64,000 nucleotides of DNA, taken from Patescibacteria group bacterium (GTDB lineage Bacteria > Patescibacteriota > Minisyncoccia > Ryanbacterales > GWA2-47-10b). The stretch spans positions 2,793 to 66,792 of the forward strand of contig JBBTQY010000005.1 of the NCBI GenBank assembly GCA_038065475.1. Reading direction: 5' to 3'. The notes beneath the pieces are model-generated. The model did not search any database, was not told the origin of the DNA, and saw nothing but the letters and a program-made list of their open reading frames with translations. Each line of letters starts with the position of its first letter. The first letter of the stretch is position 1. A program made the translations under genes and the position numbers. Positions 18,045 through 26,038 of the stretch are shown piece after piece.

Positions 18045-18117
18045 CATTTATATAAAATACCCCAGCACACGCGTGGGGCATTTTATATTTTTGTATTGAG
18101 TTATATACTGATGGCAC

Positions 18118-18651
18118 ATGAAAGGCGAAGAAGTTCCAACGACTGAGGAGGGACAAGAGATGCAACAATCCCCCGAGCGTCCTCCCGTCATCAATACTCA
18201 TGCGCCGCTCTTGCGTGCGCATTTTGAGGGTTATGCGGGCGAACAAGTCTATGAAAATGGCGAGGAGGATCTCGATCCAATTCGTAAGGAGATAGCTGCG
18301 TACTACGGCGTGCCGCTCGATGAACAGCACATGCTCATCATCGAGAACGAAATGATCGAAGATCATCGCCACCAACGGGCGTTTTGTGTCGTTCAGCATT
18401 CAGCTCCCGATGGCATCAAGGAGTCGTGGTACATTGACGGACGTACCGGCCACGCGGTCATGTTGAGGCGTTTGTATGCGTATTACAAAGTCCCCGATGA
18501 TCCAGAGCACAACGAGATTCATTTGGGGTTCTTGAGCGACGAAGCCTTCTCCGACGTACCCAAGATGCAGCAGCTCGCAGATGCCGGCAAGCCACTCAAA
18601 TGGTTTGTGCGCGACACTGCACACGGTTTAAGTCCCAGTGACTTTCTTTGA
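18118..18651 (+). CDS. hypothetical protein
   Basis: 177-aa acidic protein with no recognisable motif, followed by a strong terminator. Confidence 0.5.
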   Translation: MKGEEVPTTEEGQEMQQSPERPPVINTHAPLLRAHFEGYAGEQVYENGEEDLDPIRKEIAAYYGVPLDEQHMLIIENEMIEDHRHQRAFCVVQHSAPDGIKESWYIDGRTGHAVMLRRLYAYYKVPDDPEHNEIHLGFLSDEAFSDVPKMQQLADAGKPLKWFVRDTAHGLSPSDFL

Positions 18652-18675
18652 GTAGACCTTTTATGCTCAATGTCC

Positions 18676-18744
18676 GACCGTGTCTGTACACGGTCTTTTT
18701 CTTAAAAAAAATAAAAAGGCCGCTACGATGTTACGGTAGCGGCC
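18676..18744. terminator. pair of convergent intrinsic terminators
   Basis: Plus strand: GACCGTGT-CTGT-ACACGGTC followed by TTTTTC (18676-18702). Minus strand: GGCCGCTACCGTAACATCGTAGCGGCC followed by TTTTTATTTTTTTT (18718-18744, overlapping the stop of the minus-strand ORF). Confidence 0.7.
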
Positions 18745-19106
18745 TTGGCCTCGTAGGCCTGTTTGAAATAGCTCGCGAGATGGGCAAGCCCATCATGCAT
18801 CACAAGCACTTTCGTGGCCCACACGCTCGCGGTCTTGTTGGCGGTAAGACAGATGCGCAGACGCGATTCGATGTATGCGAGCCTCTTCTCCGGTTCGACC
18901 TGCGGATACGCAGGTGTGCGAATGGTCATGAGAACGATCTTGCGCGCAAAGGCGCTATCATCAGCACTTGGGGTTGCCAGATACATGTGTATGGGCGCAC
19001 CCGTGGCGATACTGAGTAGGATTTGAGCTATCCCCGGAATCATGGTTGTCATGGTAAGAACCTCCGTTTCTAAACAATGAATATCATATTTTATATATAA
19101 AGTCAA
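18723..19106 (-). CDS. hypothetical protein
   Basis: 127-aa ORF ending inside the terminator hairpin. No recognisable motif. Confidence 0.4.
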   Translation of the reverse strand: MTLYIKYDIHCLETEVLTMTTMIPGIAQILLSIATGAPIHMYLATPSADDSAFARKIVLMTIRTPAYPQVEPEKRLAYIESRLRICLTANKTASVWATKVLVMHDGLAHLASYFKQAYEAKAATVTS

Positions 19107-19229
19107 TAGTTCTGTTGCTCTACCGCGACAGCTAGTGTATAAAGATAAAGTTATCGGGCCAGTGGCGCTTCGCTTGCAGGCCCGGCGTTCGGAGAAAAAT
19201 TATGCAAGCACTCTTTTTGTTTCTTACTT

Positions 19230-19300
19230 GGGCCTGTAGTTAAGTGGTATAACGGCGCATTCGCATTGCGCAAGCGGGAGTTCGATTCTCCCCAGGTCCA
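19230..19300 (+). tRNA. tRNA-Ala (anticodon CGC)
   Basis: Acceptor GGGCCTG/CAGGTCC with a G3-U70 wobble pair, an alanine identity element consistent with this call. D-arm GTTA-AGTGGTA-TAAC, anticodon arm GCGCA-TTCGCAT-TGCGC, T-arm GGGAG-TTCGATT-CTCCC. Confidence 0.75.
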
Positions 19301-19358
19301 CAAATATATAACTATAAAACCGCCCAGGGAGAGGTTTTATAGTTATTGCAGAATTTCC

Positions 19359-19688
19359 ATGAAGTTTTATAATTGTCATATGTCCATAGAAAACTCATCG
19401 AAACCTGAACTATCAGAAACTGGCTTGGCCGGAATTATAGCTTTTTCCAAAAGACCCGAAGAAGACATTAAAACTTTTATGGAAACGGCCATGTCGGCGA
19501 AAATTGAAGGAAGTGCGACTGAACAATCAAAAGCTATCCTGGAAGCGTCCGAACTAGAGAGATTCATAGCCCGTGACCAATTCGAGTCCGCAATTTCTGG
19601 CCTTGCTCGACGCTTAGAAGATGGAGACGATAAATCAGCGCTTGAATATTTGGTACGTCTAGGCTTGAACATAGTTGAGAATCACTAG
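19359..19688 (+). CDS. hypothetical small protein (AT-rich segment)
   Basis: ORF downstream of tRNA-Ala. The longer upstream extension overlaps the tRNA, so the start was placed at Met 19359. No motif. Confidence 0.35.
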   Translation: MKFYNCHMSIENSSKPELSETGLAGIIAFSKRPEEDIKTFMETAMSAKIEGSATEQSKAILEASELERFIARDQFESAISGLARRLEDGDDKSALEYLVRLGLNIVENH

Positions 19689-19748
19689 AACTCGTGTCAA
19701 TTTTTGTATAATACCTAGAAAGCCGTTCTCAAAGCTTGCTAGTTTCAT

Positions 19749-19961
19749 GTGAAAAGACCAAAAATCGGGTCAGTTATCGTGTGGGGATCTAAAACATTTA
19801 AAGCAAGCGGTGAGGCGCACAAGCATATAGGGTTTTATATCGGACACAATATGGCCGTTAGCAATAACTATAGAACTGGCCGTATTTACAAGCATTCTTG
19901 GGATTTTAATGGAAAAAGGGTCGTCGATTCGTTATATTGGTACGGCTCATTCTCCTCTTAA
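19749..19961 (+). CDS. hypothetical 70-aa protein, possibly an NlpC/P60- or CHAP-like hydrolase remnant
   Basis: GTG start lying inside a TTTCATGTGAAA palindrome. HIGFYIGHNMAVSNN resembles the C-terminal His region of NlpC/P60-type hydrolases. Probably a fragment. Confidence 0.3.
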   Translation: MKRPKIGSVIVWGSKTFKASGEAHKHIGFYIGHNMAVSNNYRTGRIYKHSWDFNGKRVVDSLYWYGSFSS

Positions 19962-20046
19962 ATATGGTATTTCACGTGAAATATCGGACATTTCTGTGGA
20001 TATCTATTGGACATAGTGGATAAAAGACACGATTTAATGTCTTTTA

Positions 20047-20565
20047 GTGTCTTATATGCCTAAATACAGCGAAAAACGCCAGATTGGTAATATTGCCGAA
20101 GATATCTCGGCGATGTTTCTCGTGAAAAGCGGTCACAAGATTTTAGATAGAAACTATCTAAAGAAGTGGGGTGAGCTCGATATCGTATCGGTTGACCGAT
20201 CCGATACCATTCATTTTATAGAGGTTAAGTGTAAGACTATCTGGTTTTCACGGGAAACATTATCAGAAAACACTAATAATTTAGTTTCACAATATGTTTC
20301 ACAAAAAAGTTTCACGAAAGATAGTTTTAAAATAGAACTTTCACGTGAAAGCTATAATGAAGAAAACGACGAATATCGTCCTGAAGACAATGTCCATTAT
20401 CACAAGCAGAAGCGCATGATGCGAGCAATCGAGTCCTACATGATGGAAAATCAAGATAAAATGGGGGAAAGGGAATGGCAGATCGATGTTTTGGCTGTAG
20501 CTCTCGATTTTTCACGGGAAACAGCTATAATGAGGCATATTGAAAATGTGATATTTGATATATAG
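20047..20565 (+). CDS. YraN-family (UPF0102) endonuclease-like protein with a repeat-derived ~60-aa insertion
   Basis: GNIAEDISAMFLVKSGHKILDRNYLKKWGELDIVSVDRSDTIHFIEVKCKT plus C-terminal YHKQKRMMRAIESYMMENQ...WQIDVLAVALD match YraN. The central insertion is encoded by repeated TTTCACG(T/G)GAAA units, giving FSRET/FSRES/FTKDS repeats. Confidence 0.6.
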   Translation: MSYMPKYSEKRQIGNIAEDISAMFLVKSGHKILDRNYLKKWGELDIVSVDRSDTIHFIEVKCKTIWFSRETLSENTNNLVSQYVSQKSFTKDSFKIELSRESYNEENDEYRPEDNVHYHKQKRMMRAIESYMMENQDKMGEREWQIDVLAVALDFSRETAIMRHIENVIFDI

Positions 20566-20578
20566 GTTTCACATGAAA
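20246..20578. repeat. cluster of 12-bp palindromic repeats TTTCAC(G/A)(T/G)GAAA
   Basis: Copies at about 20246, 20339, 20510 and 20567, plus GTTTCAC x3 at 20284-20315. Further copies at 19743 and 19970. Located both inside the YraN-like CDS and in flanking DNA. Confidence 0.7.
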
Positions 20579-20672
20579 AGAAACCTTAATCAGCCGGCAT
20601 CGGTTGTACCCCAGTCGATAGGATGTCGCATTTCATGCGACGACTAGGGCGAACCATGCCCCCGGCATGGTT

Positions 20673-20743
20673 CGGAGTGTAGTATACCGGTAGTACGTCT
20701 GCTTTGGGAGCAGATAGACTGGGTTCGATTCCCAGCACTCCGA
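20673..20743 (+). tRNA. tRNA-Pro (anticodon TGG)
   Basis: Same scaffold as the 17974 tRNA (CGGAGTG...TAGTATACCGGTAGTAC...CTGGGTTCGATTCCCAG CACTCCG). Anticodon arm TCTGC-TTTGGGA-GCAGA. Confidence 0.7.
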
Positions 20744-20773
20744 CAATTTGGTTTTAGCTGCTAGTATATATGT

Positions 20774-22228
20774 ATGGCCAATAAACAGCTTTTGGATTAT
20801 GTCCAAAAATCACTCCAAAGCGGATATTCAGCTCAAGAAATAAGCCCTGCCCTTGTCGATAAAGGATGGGGGACGAGCGAGGTGCACGAGGCAGTTCTTG
20901 CTGCGCAAGAACTGATACGCCAAAAACCAGCGTTGCCACCACTTCCACCACCTCCATCAAAAGCATCAGAATGGACCATTGAGCTCAAGAGTTTGTCTGC
21001 TTCACAGATTTTACTATATCTTGGCGGACTCATTGTGGTACTCGCAGGACTTATTTATATCGGTATCAATTGGCAGCAGTGGGGATCTTTGGGGCGTATT
21101 TTTGCTATCTTTCTGCCAATGTTTATTTGCTATGCGCTCGGTACTCCACTCTTTTTTAAAGAGGAATATAAAAAACATGGCATTGTATTTGTAGTTGTTG
21201 GATCATTGTTGTTTCCGCTTTTTCTTTCGATTGTATTTGTGGAGATGAAACTTTTTGGTAAGTTTTACGGAAATAGTTTTGGTATGGCGGTTTCTTTGCC
21301 TACGTTTTTACTGTATAGCATGCTCAGTTTTGCGTTTCGGTTTCCTATTTGGGCAGGGCTTTATCAAGGTGCGGGGTTGTTTGTATATTTTTATTTTTGG
21401 AAACTATTGGGTGTTGCCGATTTTGATAAAGAGCCAGTACTCGCGTGGCTCTTTTTGATACTGGGTACTGCGTACATGGTGCTCAGTTTGTGGTATGAGC
21501 GTCTTGAGAAAAAAATAGAGGCGTGGCATTCGCATATCTTAGGGTCGCTGGTTGTCGTATGCTCGCTTGCGCGTATTTTTGTTGAAACACTTGATCGCGC
21601 GTATTTCTCATGGATCTTGATCGTGCTTGGTATTGGTTACTTTGCTTTTGGTGCGTGGGTTGAGTCAAATAAGATAAAAAAATATTGTTCGGTCGCATAT
21701 TTTATAGGCGCGGGGCTCGTGTTTTTCTCGCTGTTGCGATTAGGGCTCGACGGAACTCTTTTGAAAGATATCACTGCTACGCGGGGATTTGATCAAGATA
21801 TTATTGGTTGGTCAAATATTATTGTTGGCGTTTTGTATCTTGCACTTAGCGCGCTTTTGTCGCAACTTAGTAAATTTGGTTTGCAGGAAGGGTCTCGATA
21901 TAAAGAATTTTTTGATTTGGCAGGACCCGGACTTGTACTCAGCGCCGTTTTCTTTTTGGGGCTTGATGGATCAAAGCCGATTTATGAGACATTGTTGTTG
22001 CTTGCAAGTCTCGGATTTATCTTTGGTAGTATCCCAAAACGTTCACGTCAATTTTTGTACCTTGGTACATTGTTTTTGATTGTTTATATTTTCTCCATTG
22101 GTGGAGAATATTTTGAAAACGATGTTGGTTGGCCAATTATTTTGTTTGTGGCTGGCTTTGTCTCAATGGGTATTGGCGTGGGGATTGAAAAAGTACGACG
22201 AAAATATTTTACGGCCTCAAAAGGTTGA
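20774..22228 (+). CDS. hypothetical polytopic membrane protein with a soluble N-terminal domain and Pro-rich linker
   Basis: 484 aa. The N-terminal ~60 aa are followed by PALPPLPPPPS, then about 12 hydrophobic helices. Confidence 0.6.
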   Translation: MANKQLLDYVQKSLQSGYSAQEISPALVDKGWGTSEVHEAVLAAQELIRQKPALPPLPPPPSKASEWTIELKSLSASQILLYLGGLIVVLAGLIYIGINWQQWGSLGRIFAIFLPMFICYALGTPLFFKEEYKKHGIVFVVVGSLLFPLFLSIVFVEMKLFGKFYGNSFGMAVSLPTFLLYSMLSFAFRFPIWAGLYQGAGLFVYFYFWKLLGVADFDKEPVLAWLFLILGTAYMVLSLWYERLEKKIEAWHSHILGSLVVVCSLARIFVETLDRAYFSWILIVLGIGYFAFGAWVESNKIKKYCSVAYFIGAGLVFFSLLRLGLDGTLLKDITATRGFDQDIIGWSNIIVGVLYLALSALLSQLSKFGLQEGSRYKEFFDLAGPGLVLSAVFFLGLDGSKPIYETLLLLASLGFIFGSIPKRSRQFLYLGTLFLIVYIFSIGGEYFENDVGWPIILFVAGFVSMGIGVGIEKVRRKYFTASKG

Positions 22229-22418
22229 TGAAATAAGAAAAACACTCACTCGGCTTTCTAGAGAGGAGGTCTGCAGGATTACGCGAAGTCTTGTAAAAAG
22301 TCTGATTTTGTGCTATAGTTTCTCCGAACTTAGAACCTCGATAACATAAATTTCTAGTTGAAACACCCGCATCTAAAGCCGAAACTGCTTTTTGATGCCG
22401 AGATTAGGAGGAAGGGAA

Positions 22419-24077
22419 GTGAAGAGACTTTTAATTCTCTTGCTCGCACTTGCGAGCTTGAGCTTGCGACCGCCCGGGACGGCGGCGCAGAGTTCGATCA
22501 ACGTCCCGGACGTGACGGGCGACCAGCTCGTCATGTTCTACGACGCGCGCTCATCGCGCGTGCCGTTCATGACCATCTCGAACCCGGCGCTCGAGCGTGT
22601 CGTTCTGAGGGCTGACTTCTACAACATCGACCTCACTTTCGTCATCGCCTCCGAGACCATTGTTCTCGAAGGCGGTAGTAATGTCGTCATCGATCCGACC
22701 GGAGTCGATGGTGGCATCGTCAACGGCAACGCAGGTCTTGCGGTCATCACTCCCACGCGGAGCGAGACCGACATCCAACCGGTGGTACCTCCAGCGCCCC
22801 TCATGGGGAATTGGACCTTGGCGAATCTCGATCTCGCCTCTGCGTTCGGCGAGAACATCTTCGGGCGTCTCGCGGTGCGGCAATCGGGCGAGCGGGCGAG
22901 TGCATGGAGTACCGTCGATGGTGATGCGGTGCGCTACCAGCGCATCGATCCTCACGCCGTGGTCATCCCTGCGCACTACAATCCCCAAGACTTGGGTCCT
23001 GTGGAGTTCGATGGTAACCGCGTGGTCATTGCGGTCTTCCGTGACGTCTACGACGGCGGCTTTCGTCTCGCTCCGCAGTTCGAGCGATTCGAAGCTTCAT
23101 TCATCGAACGCTTCGGATACCAGGTGGCCAAGACCCAGATCAACGTCGATGGCGTGCTGATGAGCGATCTCGTTTCGCTCGCTGGTGCGCAGCTTCGTTC
23201 GTCTGGAAAGGTGTTCTTCCGTCGTCTCGACCGTGCAAGCGGCGGGAACGCATTCGGCGTCTTCAGTCAGTCGCTCGGCACATTCGGTGCCGGTGGCCGC
23301 ATGATCGCCGTGGAGAACGTGCCGGATTTTTCACAAGCTCCAGCGCCTACTGGGACGCCGACGCCGGAGCCTACTGATCGTCCGACTCCGCGTCCCACCC
23401 CTACCTTCACGCCTCGGCCTACGCCGAGCCCGACACCAATTCCGACTCGGACGCCACAACCTACGGCGACTCCGAAGAAAACTCCGGCACCGACCGCAAA
23501 ACCTACGCAGACCCCGCGGCCGACGGCAACACCGAAGCCGACGGTGACTGCAAAGCCAACGCCGAGTCCCACACGGACGCCGTCGCCTACGGCGATTCCG
23601 ACCAACACTCCGCGGCCTACGGAAACTCCGAGGCCGACGGTAACACCGATCAAGACTCCGACGCCTACTCCGACCAGGACACCCACTCCGTCGCCGAGTC
23701 CAACGCCTACAATGACTCCGACCCCAACGCCGTCTGCAACTCCAACGCAGACGCCAACTCCGACACCAACGCAGACTCCGTCGTGTATCGACAACGACAA
23801 CGACGAGTACTGTGCGGGAAGCGGCCCCAGCAAGGACTGCAATGACTCGAATGCATCGGTAAACCCCGGTGCGACCGAGCAATGCAACAACATCGACGAC
23901 AACTGCCGCAATGGTACTGACGAGGACTTCCCCGAGAAGGGAGGAGTGTGCTGGCGCCTCGTTGGCACTGCCTGCTGGCGTGGCGAGAAGCGCTGCGCGC
24001 AAGGAGGTGGCGGGGGAGGCAACACCATCCAGTGTCTGCCGCTCTCGATAGAGCCTGACTCAAACCAGTGCAACTAA
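22419..24077 (+). CDS. secreted protein: N-domain + Thr/Pro-rich linker + MopE-like Cys-rich (putative metal-binding) C-terminal domain
   Basis: Probable GTG start 8 nt after AGGAGG (22405-22410). Signal peptide [23 protein letters not shown]. About 140 aa of (T/P) repeats. C-terminus [49 protein letters not shown]...CWRGEKRC matches the DCDDxNxxxNPGAxExCNGxDDNC MopE-like motif. GC-rich (~62%). Confidence 0.7.
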   Translation: MKRLLILLLALASLSLRPPGTAAQSSINVPDVTGDQLVMFYDARSSRVPFMTISNPALERVVLRADFYNIDLTFVIASETIVLEGGSNVVIDPTGVDGGIVNGNAGLAVITPTRSETDIQPVVPPAPLMGNWTLANLDLASAFGENIFGRLAVRQSGERASAWSTVDGDAVRYQRIDPHAVVIPAHYNPQDLGPVEFDGNRVVIAVFRDVYDGGFRLAPQFERFEASFIERFGYQVAKTQINVDGVLMSDLVSLAGAQLRSSGKVFFRRLDRASGGNAFGVFSQSLGTFGAGGRMIAVENVPDFSQAPAPTGTPTPEPTDRPTPRPTPTFTPRPTPSPTPIPTRTPQPTATPKKTPAPTAKPTQTPRPTATPKPTVTAKPTPSPTRTPSPTAIPTNTPRPTETPRPTVTPIKTPTPTPTRTPTPSPSPTPTMTPTPTPSATPTQTPTPTPTQTPSCIDNDNDEYCAGSGPSKDCNDSNASVNPGATEQCNNIDDNCRNGTDEDFPEKGGVCWRLVGTACWRGEKRCAQGGGGGGNTIQCLPLSIEPDSNQCN

Positions 24078-24296
24078 AGAAACAATCATAGGAGGGCGAT
24101 CATCATCCTCCGAATCATGGCCCAGTACGCGTTCCACGCGCGCTGGGCTTTTTTAATACAATGACTTGCAAAAAAGCTGATTTTATGATATAGTTTTTCG
24201 GAACTTCAGGTCCTTGTTAATTCCTAGTTTTTGAGAAGAAAAAAATCGCACCCCAGAGATAAGGGTGCTCAACCATTCAACCGAAGGAGAGAAACC

Positions 24297-25781
24297 ATGA
24301 AGCGTTCGCTGTTTGGATTGCTGATCGTTCTCGCGCTGTTCATGCCCCTGCTGGCCTGTGCCAGCGACATGCCGCGTGAGCTCGATGACTACTGCGTCTT
24401 CGCCAACAAGAAGTTGGTGCTCGGCACCAACGCGGCCGTGCTCGATGGTAGCGCTGGCGTCAACAAGTCGAGTGCGCGTGCCTCGAAGGTCCTCATGACC
24501 ATGAGGCCGTACTCGATCGTCGATCCGGATTTCCCGACCGCCGCATCGAGCGTCAAGATGGCAACGTACGCGACAGTAGGGGAGTTGTTCCGCAACTTCC
24601 TGACTTTGTCGGGGCCTGTGAACATCGACGAGGAGTATAGTGGGACGTTCCCCGTGCTCACTCTGCCCGAGCTCCCGTTCTTCTTGCCGGAGGACGACCA
24701 CATCATCCTACAAGAAGGGACGAAGTGGCTCGGTCCCGGGCAGTACGGGTTTCTCGAGGTAGGACCTGGGGCCACCGTCATCCTGACGGGCGGCGAGTAC
24801 CACTTTCTGCAGACCTGGTTTCGCTCGGGCTCTCAGCTTTACTACGAGAGTCCAGTCGACGTTCGTGTCCAGGGAAAGTTCATGGGTGATGAAGGGATCG
24901 TGATGCGTCCGGCCCTTTGGGCTGATGTATTGCCTCACGAGGCAAGCTTCGCGATTGGTGGGCCGATGGTGACCTTCGGGCCACTCGGCTCTTACGAGGG
25001 GATGTTCTATGCTCCTCGCAGTACCGTTCGAGTTCAGAGGCAGACGACGATCACCGGCCAGTTGGTCGGCAACAAGATCCGATTTGCCGACAACGCACGG
25101 TGCGTCTGGGCTGCGGCGGAAATCACGACGACTCCAACCCCCACGCCAAGTCCAACACCAACCCCAACGAGGACTCCAAGTCCAACGCCAACGTTGACAC
25201 CGACAGCGACTCCGTCGCCAACACCGACGAAAACGCCGACCCCAACTCCGACTCGTACACCAACCCCGACCCCGTCGGCAACACCAACATCCGTTCCCAC
25301 GCTGTCGCCAACGCCAAATCCAACGGCGACCCCGACTCCTTTGCCGACGGCCACGCCAACGCCCACACCGACCAGGACGCCGACCCCCGCGCCGACGCAG
25401 ACGGCGACGCCAACCGCGATTCCCACCCCAACACCCTCGGTAGCGCCGACGGCAACTCCCACCCCGACTCCCGTGCAGTCACCCATCTGCGTCGACAACG
25501 ACAACGACGAGTACTGTTTAGGGCAAGGGCCGGGGAAGGATTGCAACGATGCGAACGCATCGGTGAACCCCGGCGTCGTCGAACAATGCAACAACATCGA
25601 CGACAACTGCATCAACGGCACCGATGAGGACTTTCCCGGCAAGGGTGCGGTGTGCTGGCGCCTCGTCGGCACTGCTTGCTGGCGCGGCGAGTCACGCTGT
25701 GCCCAGAGTGCTGGCGGGGGAGGCAACACCATCCAGTGCCTACCTCTGACGTCTGAGTCAGATTCTTCCAAATGCAACTAG
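24297..25781 (+). CDS. lipoprotein paralogue: different N-domain + Thr/Pro-rich linker + near-identical MopE-like Cys-rich C-terminal domain
   Basis: RBS AAGGAGA. Signal [21 protein letters not shown] with LLAC lipobox. C-terminal ~100 aa are about 85% identical to the 22419 protein ([41 protein letters not shown]...). Confidence 0.7.
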   Translation: MKRSLFGLLIVLALFMPLLACASDMPRELDDYCVFANKKLVLGTNAAVLDGSAGVNKSSARASKVLMTMRPYSIVDPDFPTAASSVKMATYATVGELFRNFLTLSGPVNIDEEYSGTFPVLTLPELPFFLPEDDHIILQEGTKWLGPGQYGFLEVGPGATVILTGGEYHFLQTWFRSGSQLYYESPVDVRVQGKFMGDEGIVMRPALWADVLPHEASFAIGGPMVTFGPLGSYEGMFYAPRSTVRVQRQTTITGQLVGNKIRFADNARCVWAAAEITTTPTPTPSPTPTPTRTPSPTPTLTPTATPSPTPTKTPTPTPTRTPTPTPSATPTSVPTLSPTPNPTATPTPLPTATPTPTPTRTPTPAPTQTATPTAIPTPTPSVAPTATPTPTPVQSPICVDNDNDEYCLGQGPGKDCNDANASVNPGVVEQCNNIDDNCINGTDEDFPGKGAVCWRLVGTACWRGESRCAQSAGGGGNTIQCLPLTSESDSSKCN

Positions 25782-26038
25782 GAAAATCATAGAAGGGTAG
25801 CAATCTACCTTTCGAATCACAGCCCAGTACGCGTTCCACGCGCGCTGGGCTTTTCTTTATCTAAAACTATTGACCCCGTTAGAGTAAATTTTTACTCTAA
25901 CGGGGTTGACTTTTTATATAAAAAATGTTAAAGTTTCTCCGTTATATCGGCTCCTTAAAAACTTCATAACGACGAGCAAGATACTAAATTTCAGCTACAA
26001 AACTATTACTGGATTCAAAAAACTAAGGAACCAAAAAT

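Noticed and set aside
20246-20578. Possible CRISPR array suggested by the recurring TTTCACG(T/G)GAAA motif
   Set aside because: The repeats are only 12 bp, palindromic and irregularly spaced (56-270 bp), and lie inside a coding region. There is no leader or cas gene. This is not a CRISPR architecture.
22551-25777. Long minus-strand and alternative-frame ORFs inside the two MopE-paralogue genes (for example 23267..24073, 23331..24002, 25034..25777, 25100..25627)
   Set aside because: They are generated by the ACNCCNACNCC Thr/Pro-coding repeats and high GC. Their translations are low-complexity (GVGVGV, RRRRS) with no start context. The plus-strand genes have signal peptides, RBSs and a conserved domain.
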